Shown: in pieces, positions 57,571 through 64,000 of the stretch | How positions within the stretch are numbered: position 1 is the stretch's first letter | How the letters are laid out: each line of letters starts with the position of its first letter | From: Candidatus Nanohaloarchaea archaeon | GTDB lineage: Archaea > Nanohalarchaeota > Nanosalinia > Nanosalinales > Nanosalinaceae | Assembly: GCA_041640035.1 (NCBI GenBank) | Contig: JBEQBC010000002.1 | Location: 64,001 to 128,000 of the forward strand | Length of the DNA stretch: 64,000 nucleotides | Direction of reading: 5' to 3' | Made by a program: the position numbers and the translations under genes | The notes under the pieces: model-generated | Seen by the model: only the letters and a program-made list of their open reading frames with translations | Database searches by the model: none | Told to the model about the DNA's origin: nothing

Positions 57571-58265
57571 TAGAAGTCCTCCAAGTTTTCGTCCTCTACA
57601 TGGGAGGTTTCCCCTAATATAATAATGGAGTGCGGTGTCTCACCGGTGATATCTAGGTCGCCTAACCTGCCGCAGCTTATGTTTTGATCATCGAGATTAG
57701 CTCTTTCCAGGAAAATAGCGTCCTTATCCGCTAGTTCTTCGTCCATTTCAACCAGTTTATCCCTCGCCTCATCGGCCGGATAATCGATATCAAGAAGTAC
57801 TAATGTGTGGAGGCCTACAGAGAGGTTATCTTGAATGTACTCTGTGATTGATTCCGGTTTCATATCCTTGGGAAGAGTTACTGTTCTTCCGAACTTGTAG
57901 ATGCTTAAACCAGTCTCTGCGATGGATGTGAATATAGAAGGTGCGTGAACAACATCGGTTTCGATCCCTTTCTTTTCTGCTCTTCTCTTGATATCATAAT
58001 GGGTTGTAGCGGTTAACGCATCTCCCGAAACAAGAAAGGCTGTTTCCTGTTGTTCAGCTGATTCTACAATAGTATCCTTCTGCTCTACTTCATCGCGTGA
58101 AAGCTTCTGGATATCCTTACCTGTTTTTTCCTCTAATTTCTTTAGATCAACTGTTTCTGTATTTGTGTAAAACTCTGCGAATACTTTTTCAGAGTTTTCT
58201 ATCCCTTTCAGGCCTTTTACGGTTATTTCATCGTCGTCGAGACCCAGTCCAATAAGGTGAAGCAT
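57570..58265 (-). CDS. dph5: Diphthine synthase
   Basis: MLHLIGLGL, EFYT, GDALTATTH, YKFGRTVTL and GLHTLVLLDI. Confidence 0.95.
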   Translation of the reverse strand: MLHLIGLGLDDDEITVKGLKGIENSEKVFAEFYTNTETVDLKKLEEKTGKDIQKLSRDEVEQKDTIVESAEQQETAFLVSGDALTATTHYDIKRRAEKKGIETDVVHAPSIFTSIAETGLSIYKFGRTVTLPKDMKPESITEYIQDNLSVGLHTLVLLDIDYPADEARDKLVEMDEELADKDAIFLERANLDDQNISCGRLGDLDITGETPHSIIILGETSHVEDENLEDF

Positions 58266-58322
58266 CTTAACTAAACAGGTTGATGTAACTGTTTTTAATT
58301 AGTTGGAAGACATTTCGATTTC

Positions 58323-59354
58323 ATGAAACAGGAAAAACTAGAGAAAAAGGCTGAAGAACTGTTTGAAAGACAGGGATTCAGAATTAAGAGAGAAGACGAT
58401 GTCTTCAAGGCCTGTAATGAAGGAGACGAATTAGAATTCCAAGTATTCAGCTCTGAGAAATACAGTGTAGAAGAAGCAAGAGAAAGAATTGAGAATGATA
58501 CAGATGCAGTATTTGTAGATGAAAGCCTGAGAGAAATCAAAGAAGTGGCGGAAACTGATGTATCTGTCTTGAAAGAGGAAGAAGACGGTAAAAGCTATGA
58601 TTTACCTAGTTTTGAGTTGATCGGAGATATCGCAGTAATAAACGATCTGGACGGAAAAGATGAGGAAGAAGTGGTTGAGGGAATCACTGAGAACCATCCT
58701 CACATTGAAACTATTCTATTGAAATCAGAGCAGCTGTCAGGCGAATTCAGAGTTGGCGGATACAAGAAGCTGTATGGACAGGATACCGAAACAGTGCACA
58801 AGGAGTTCGGAGTGGATATCAAAGTGGATCCGACCAAGGCTTACTACTCCGAAAGGTTCTCTACCGAAAGAAAAAGAGTAGCCGATCAGATCAAACCAGG
58901 AGAAAAAGTACTGGTGATGTTCGCAGGAGTAGGACCTTTCGCACTGATCGCAGCCAGGCACTCAGAGGCGGAAAGAATAGTAGCAGTGGAGAAAAACCCT
59001 GAAGCGTGCGAATACCTGAAGGAAAATATCAAGCTAAACAACTTTACAGAACGGATCGAAGCTAGGTGCGGAGATGTTGAGGAGATACTTCCAGAGCTAG
59101 AAGACCGTTTTGATCGGATAATAATGCCTCTACCAGGAAAAGCCGATGAATTCCTCGACCTTGCAGAATCTGTCGTATCTAAAGACGCAGTGATTCATTA
59201 CTACCGTTTCATGGAGGAAGACGACAGAGAGGGTTTAGAATCAGAGATAGAAAGTATTTTAGAACATGATTTCAGAGTGAGGGAGATGGTGAAATGCGGG
59301 GAGAAAAGTCCATCTACGGACAGAGTTTGCGTTGATATTGCTTTAACTTCTTGA
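58323..59354 (+). CDS. trm5: Trm5/Tyw2-family class I SAM tRNA methyltransferase
   Basis: IGDIAVI, GEFRV, ETVHKE.G, YYSERFSTER, MFAGVGPF and DRIIMPLP. Confidence 0.88.
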   Translation: MKQEKLEKKAEELFERQGFRIKREDDVFKACNEGDELEFQVFSSEKYSVEEARERIENDTDAVFVDESLREIKEVAETDVSVLKEEEDGKSYDLPSFELIGDIAVINDLDGKDEEEVVEGITENHPHIETILLKSEQLSGEFRVGGYKKLYGQDTETVHKEFGVDIKVDPTKAYYSERFSTERKRVADQIKPGEKVLVMFAGVGPFALIAARHSEAERIVAVEKNPEACEYLKENIKLNNFTERIEARCGDVEEILPELEDRFDRIIMPLPGKADEFLDLAESVVSKDAVIHYYRFMEEDDREGLESEIESILEHDFRVREMVKCGEKSPSTDRVCVDIALTS

Positions 59355-59500
59355 ATAGAACAACCATTTAAAACTTTGTAGTTATTGTATAGTTGTAAAA
59401 ATCTGAGAGCGAGCGATTGAGTCAGCAAAGAGTTCCAAAAATTAGTGATCTGGAAGCTCTCTAAAATCCAAAAACAATCAAAAAAAGAGGTGAATTTATT

Positions 59501-59875
59501 ATGAGCGCAGAAGACGCATTTGAAGTCCTTGAACTAGCAATGGACGATCACTACACAGCAGCAGAGCTTAAGGACCAGTATGATGATGAACTGGTAGATC
59601 AGGCATACGAAGCAAGAGACAAAGCAGTTCAGATGGCAGATGAGTACGGAGACGCACTTGAAGCTACAGAAACAGAAGCAAGAGCAGTTGCAGATTACCT
59701 GATGAAGCACAGAAGCCACATGGACGAAAAGGCACTCGAGCTAAGCAACGCTGCTGATGAGATTCAGGAAGATCTAGAAGATGTCGACGAACCAGATGTA
59801 GATACAGACAACCTTCTTGACATGGCGAACGATCTAGAGACCCGAGTCGAGAACGAGTACGACTTTAACTTCTAA
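59501..59875 (+). CDS. Acidic helical protein; stand-alone copy of the N-domain of the next gene
   Basis: GAGGTGA SD; MSAEDAFEVLELAMDDHY...YLMKHRSHMD. Confidence 0.75.
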   Translation: MSAEDAFEVLELAMDDHYTAAELKDQYDDELVDQAYEARDKAVQMADEYGDALEATETEARAVADYLMKHRSHMDEKALELSNAADEIQEDLEDVDEPDVDTDNLLDMANDLETRVENEYDFNF

Positions 59876-59979
59876 GATCTTTCACATACTTTCCTATCCC
59901 CTATTATTTCTTCTCATTTTATCGATCATGAACAGAAACATCAAAACATTTAAAATGTTGTCACCATAAGGTAAACAAT

Positions 59980-60714
59980 ATGAGTGCAGAGGATTCATTC
60001 GAAACCCTAGAACTAGCTGTGGACGATCATTATAGAACAGTAGAACTGTTCGAGGAAGCAGTAGATGATGCCGCAATGGGCAGAGAAGTACTGACACAGC
60101 TGATAGATATAACACAGGAGTACGAAGAATTCAGGGAAAGCACAGCGACAGTCAACACGGCCATAGCATCCTACCTTATGGATCATAGAGATCATATGGA
60201 TGCAAGAGCAGTAGAACTGAAGAACGACCACGATCGCCTCGAAGAAGTTATTGAAAATTACAGCCCTGACGGAGCCACAGGTGGAGGAAGCAGTGACGAA
60301 ATAGACATCAACATAACATTTGAAGACGACAGAAGAGGCTTCCTGAAAACAGTAGCTGCAGGCGGCGCATTACTTGCAGGCGGAGGCCTAGCATACGGAA
60401 CATGGCAGAACAGCGGCGACGATATCTACATCGCAGAAGAAAATATAGGGGAAACACCTGGAGACTATACACAGGATGTGGCTAGCAGCGAAGTCATAGA
60501 AAAGTATGTATCAAACATGATGGACGAGGAAGCGTTCTCCGATACATTCACCGAGGTCGGCCAGGATATTGACGGAAAAGACCTCAGCATGGGTTATATG
60601 GATAGTGAAAACCGTATTGACTTCTACGGCGACCAGGTAGTCAGCTCGGTAGAGATGGAAGACCAGCTTTACAATGAGGCAAAAGACGAACTCAACGAAG
60701 TACTACAAAACTGA
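59980..60714 (+). CDS. Duplicated N-domain + internal twin-arginine/TM segment + acidic C-domain
   Basis: MSAEDSFETLELAVDDHY...YLMDHRDHMD; DRRGFLKTVAAGGALLAGGGLAYG. Confidence 0.75.
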   Translation: MSAEDSFETLELAVDDHYRTVELFEEAVDDAAMGREVLTQLIDITQEYEEFRESTATVNTAIASYLMDHRDHMDARAVELKNDHDRLEEVIENYSPDGATGGGSSDEIDINITFEDDRRGFLKTVAAGGALLAGGGLAYGTWQNSGDDIYIAEENIGETPGDYTQDVASSEVIEKYVSNMMDEEAFSDTFTEVGQDIDGKDLSMGYMDSENRIDFYGDQVVSSVEMEDQLYNEAKDELNEVLQN

Positions 60715-60774
60715 ATTGTTGTTACTATCCAATAACTATAAAAAACATGAGTGTTAATACTATAGTGTGATAAC

Positions 60775-61926
60775 ATGGTAAACTGGACTAACCTAAAGAA
60801 CACGCTTACAGGCGGAGCAAGTACCGCCAAAGACGAGATGACCAAAACCACAAGAAGAAAATTCCTAACCGGGACAGCAGCCGCAGGAGCAACAGTACTA
60901 GGGGCAGATGCCCTGAGCGACGGAGCAGTCTCTGAAACAGCAGGAAACTGGTGGGAAGAGATTGTAGAAGATCCTATCGGAATGAACATCGATACAGTTA
61001 ACGAATACAATGAAGCAGTGACTGACTTCGAGAACAACTTTGAGGACATGTATCGGTCCGAACTACATTCAGCCAGAGGAACAGACGATGTAGGAAGAAT
61101 GCCCGGCAACCTAGAAGCAGGAGATTCCCTAGACGACGGACAGTACAAAGCACTAGGATTCAACGATGACGACATCAACAACTCCGACGGAAGAAATGTA
61201 GTAGAAAGAGTCGTAGATGATGAAGAATTCACAGTTCTCACACCTGACGCAGTCAGCATGGAAGACAGCAGCTTCGGAGACGAGTTCGGAGCACTAGCAA
61301 TCAACCAGGATCAGAACGAGTTCGATGCTTCTGATCTAAGACAGATGAGAGATGCATACCAGGAAGCAGCTCAGGTAACTCAGGACTGGATGGTCCGAGT
61401 AAACGAACTGCAGACAGAAGGAGAAAGCCTCGACAGACTCTCAACCGAGTACGAAGATGAGGAAGAAGTTCCAGCAGTTCAACAGGCAAGAGAGAACCAG
61501 CAGTACCTCGGAGATGTACAGAACACACTTACAACCGACCACCTCAAGTTCCGAGCACAGGCTAACCTGTTCGACCACGCACTTCAGAACAGCCCTTACA
61601 GCGATGGTGACGAAGTAGGAGTAGACTACGAAGAAGAAACTCAAACACCTGAAGACACTGCTACGGACACACCTGACGATGATACTCCGACAGAAACTCC
61701 AGGCGATTCCTACGGAGAGCACGACACTTACGGAGATCTTTCAGGTTACTGTGAATGGGAGGACGACACGATCAACGAGATCCATGAGTACATGGACGAG
61801 AACGACATCGACAGCTATGATGAGTTCGATGTTGACATCAGCTCAACAAACGGGGACTTCACAGTTGAGCTTACCTACGATGGTAACACCATCAGCGCTG
61901 ACAATGTAGAAGGCTGCGGGGCATAA
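60775..61926 (+). CDS. Acidic protein with Tat-type signal peptide
   Basis: TRRKFLTGTAAAGATVLGADA; T/P/D-rich linker and a small C-terminal 2-Cys domain. Confidence 0.75.
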   Translation: MVNWTNLKNTLTGGASTAKDEMTKTTRRKFLTGTAAAGATVLGADALSDGAVSETAGNWWEEIVEDPIGMNIDTVNEYNEAVTDFENNFEDMYRSELHSARGTDDVGRMPGNLEAGDSLDDGQYKALGFNDDDINNSDGRNVVERVVDDEEFTVLTPDAVSMEDSSFGDEFGALAINQDQNEFDASDLRQMRDAYQEAAQVTQDWMVRVNELQTEGESLDRLSTEYEDEEEVPAVQQARENQQYLGDVQNTLTTDHLKFRAQANLFDHALQNSPYSDGDEVGVDYEEETQTPEDTATDTPDDDTPTETPGDSYGEHDTYGDLSGYCEWEDDTINEIHEYMDENDIDSYDEFDVDISSTNGDFTVELTYDGNTISADNVEGCGA

Positions 61927-61978
61927 ATACCCCCTTCCCCCTTTATTGTATTATTGTAGAGGTGTTTACCCTTAATCT

Positions 61979-64000
61979 ATGAAACTAAACAAAGGCTTGA
62001 TAATCGCATTCTTCATAATTTTCGCAGCATCAGCTGCAGCTAACCCAGATGTTTCAGTAAACAACCTTCCTGACACCGCAACACTTCAGGACGGCATAGA
62101 TATAGAGGGAAGCGCCAGTGGAGAAGATCTCGACGAACTCAGCATCAGAATGAGAGACGCAGGAGACAGCCTCTGGACCACATATGTAGAAACCAAAGAC
62201 TGCCAGGGATTACCGGACTGCAGCGTAAACATAAACGACTACAGCCCAGACAGCACTGGAGAAAAAGAATTCTCAGTATACATAGACAATAATAATGGCG
62301 AAGGCAACCACACCGAACCTCAAACCGTAGAGTTTACAGACGGATCCGGAGACGCACAATTAGATGTTTCAATGGATAATCTAGATAGCCAGGCTCCGAC
62401 AGGAGAAGACTTCACATTTGGAGCTAGCGCCAGTGGAGAAAACCTTGACACTCTAGAAATCCAGTATAGAGAGGAAAATGGCGACTGGGAAACACTAGGA
62501 GCAACCAAAAACTGCGAAGGACTACCAGACTGCTCTATTGACTCAAGAACATATAATACAGATACAGCACAGAATGTAGACTTCAAAGCAGTTGTAACCG
62601 AGGAGAGCGGAGACACAGACGAAACAAGTATTCAGACAGTAGAATTTACAGAGTCATCAGATGCACAGCTAGAAGTAACCATGGACAACCTGGACAGCCA
62701 GGCACCAGTAGATGAAGACTTCAACTTTGATGTATCAGCGAGCGGTGAAAACCTTGATACACTGACCGTCGAGTACCGTGAAGAAGGTGGCAGCTGGGAA
62801 CCCCTTGACTCCAAGAACTGTGAGGGACTTCCAGACTGCAGCTTCAACCCGGTTACTTACACACCTACAGAAACACAGGAAGTAGACTTCAAGGCAAACA
62901 TCGAGGAAGAAAGCGGCGATACTGACGAAACAAGTTCTCAATCAGTTGATTTTGTTTCAGACACAAGGATTGACTCCAAAAGCATGAACGATCTTCCAGA
63001 CGAACACTTTACAGATACAGACCTCGAGGTAGAGGGAAGCGTATCTGGAGAGAACCTTGACAGGCTTGAAATACTTGTAGATGATGGAGACGGGTTCTCA
63101 GAATGGGAAGACAAAGACTGCAACGACGCACTGGACTGCTCTATAGACAGAGACTACCAGACCTCTGAAACAGGAGATGTAGAGTTCAAACTGAAGGCTT
63201 ACGCCGGAACTCATGAGGAAGAAACTGATGGAAAGACAGTAGAGTTCGTTGAACCACAGATCTCATTAAGCGCAGACTACCCTATCAACACCCCGGAAGT
63301 AGAATCACCTGTCGATATCAACTGGTTCGTCGATAACCCGGAAGATGTAGATATTGACTACACATTGACGGTAGAGGATGAGGACGGCGACCAGGTGTTC
63401 TCAGAAGATAATATAGACGAGACAAGCTACAGCCTCGACGAAGACTTGGATGAAGGAACATACACATGGACCGTAGAAGCAGTAGACAACGACGGAGATG
63501 TAAGAGCAGATGCAGACGGATCATTCGACCTACAGAACGCTTACATAGACGGAGTAACGATGAATGATCTGCCGAACCAGCAGCTTACAGATGAAGACAT
63601 GGAGATAGAAGCAAGCGCAAGCGGAAGAGACCTCCAAGAACTAATGATAAAACAGAGAGTGCACGGTGACTGGGATACTTACCATGACAAGGACTGTGAA
63701 GGATTGCCTGACTGCAGTATCGATCTACCGGATTACAGCAGAAGTACAGAAGGAGAAGTAGACTACAAAGCAGTAGCAGTCGCAGGAACAGGAGATGACG
63801 AAGAAGAACAGGAATCAGATATACAGACAGTAGAGTTCGTTGACGAAGTTTACCTTGAAGCAGACTTCGACTACCATCCGGAAAATCCGGAGGTAGATGA
63901 AACAGTAGAGTTCGAATCTGAAAGTTCAGGTGATATCGAGGAATGGACCTGGGACTTCGGAGACGGAGAAACAGCCAGCGGACAGGAGGTAGAACACGAG
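61979..64000 (+). CDS. Large secreted surface protein with ~100-aa Ig-like repeats and a PKD domain (runs off window end)
   Basis: Hand translation: signal peptide MKLNKGLIIAFFIIFAASAAA, repeated SASGENLD...C.GLPDC...QTVEF units and WTWDFGDG near the end; open to 64000. Confidence 0.88.
   Translation, partial: MKLNKGLIIAFFIIFAASAAANPDVSVNNLPDTATLQDGIDIEGSASGEDLDELSIRMRDAGDSLWTTYVETKDCQGLPDCSVNINDYSPDSTGEKEFSVYIDNNNGEGNHTEPQTVEFTDGSGDAQLDVSMDNLDSQAPTGEDFTFGASASGENLDTLEIQYREENGDWETLGATKNCEGLPDCSIDSRTYNTDTAQNVDFKAVVTEESGDTDETSIQTVEFTESSDAQLEVTMDNLDSQAPVDEDFNFDVSASGENLDTLTVEYREEGGSWEPLDSKNCEGLPDCSFNPVTYTPTETQEVDFKANIEEESGDTDETSSQSVDFVSDTRIDSKSMNDLPDEHFTDTDLEVEGSVSGENLDRLEILVDDGDGFSEWEDKDCNDALDCSIDRDYQTSETGDVEFKLKAYAGTHEEETDGKTVEFVEPQISLSADYPINTPEVESPVDINWFVDNPEDVDIDYTLTVEDEDGDQVFSEDNIDETSYSLDEDLDEGTYTWTVEAVDNDGDVRADADGSFDLQNAYIDGVTMNDLPNQQLTDEDMEIEASASGRDLQELMIKQRVHGDWDTYHDKDCEGLPDCSIDLPDYSRSTEGEVDYKAVAVAGTGDDEEEQESDIQTVEFVDEVYLEADFDYHPENPEVDETVEFESESSGDIEEWTWDFGDGETASGQEVEHE
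62050..63845 (+). repeat. Five diverged ~300-bp intragenic repeat units
   Basis: C(E/Q)GLPDC or CNDALDC codons at 62201, 62513, 62819, 63119 and 63695; units 2 and 3 are clearly similar at DNA level. Confidence 0.8.

Noticed and set aside
62050-63845. CRISPR or non-coding tandem repeat
   Set aside because: The repeats are long, degenerate and in frame within a protein; no CRISPR array is seen anywhere in the window.

Overview
Gene-dense archaeal chromosome segment with a strongly acidic (salt-in) proteome, very short intergenic gaps and mostly leaderless TATA-to-ATG starts. This is most consistent with a halophilic DPANN archaeon (Nanohaloarchaeota-like); the taxonomy is inferred, not proven. 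Core genes are pgk (partial), glyS, endA, rnhB, argS, deoxyhypusine synthase, top6A/B, a Dim2-like KH protein, Rio1, aIF-1A, NMD3, EF-1beta, fen, gpmI, alba, dph5 and trm5, plus five intron-less tRNAs (iMet, Leu-CAA, Phe, Asn, Arg-GCG). Three accessory blocks stand out. (1) A FIST-domain gene sits divergent from an EhpF/GriC-like adenylating enzyme and an EhpG/GriD-like reductase, a pair otherwise known from bacterial secondary metabolism. (2) A ~23 kb envelope locus (33.9-57.3 kb) holds a type IV pilus/T2SS-type ATPase and platform, about 15 pilin-like genes (several without any leader), a five-member paralogous membrane family (two with long coiled coils), two Gly-tailed micro-proteins and an embedded RimK-like ATP-grasp ligase. 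It is a candidate host-attachment/contact apparatus. (3) A terminal block has a duplicated novel domain, twin-arginine motifs and a large repeat/PKD surface protein running off the window. Several small ORFs absent from the ORF track were found by hand. No database searches were run; family calls rest on recognised motifs.
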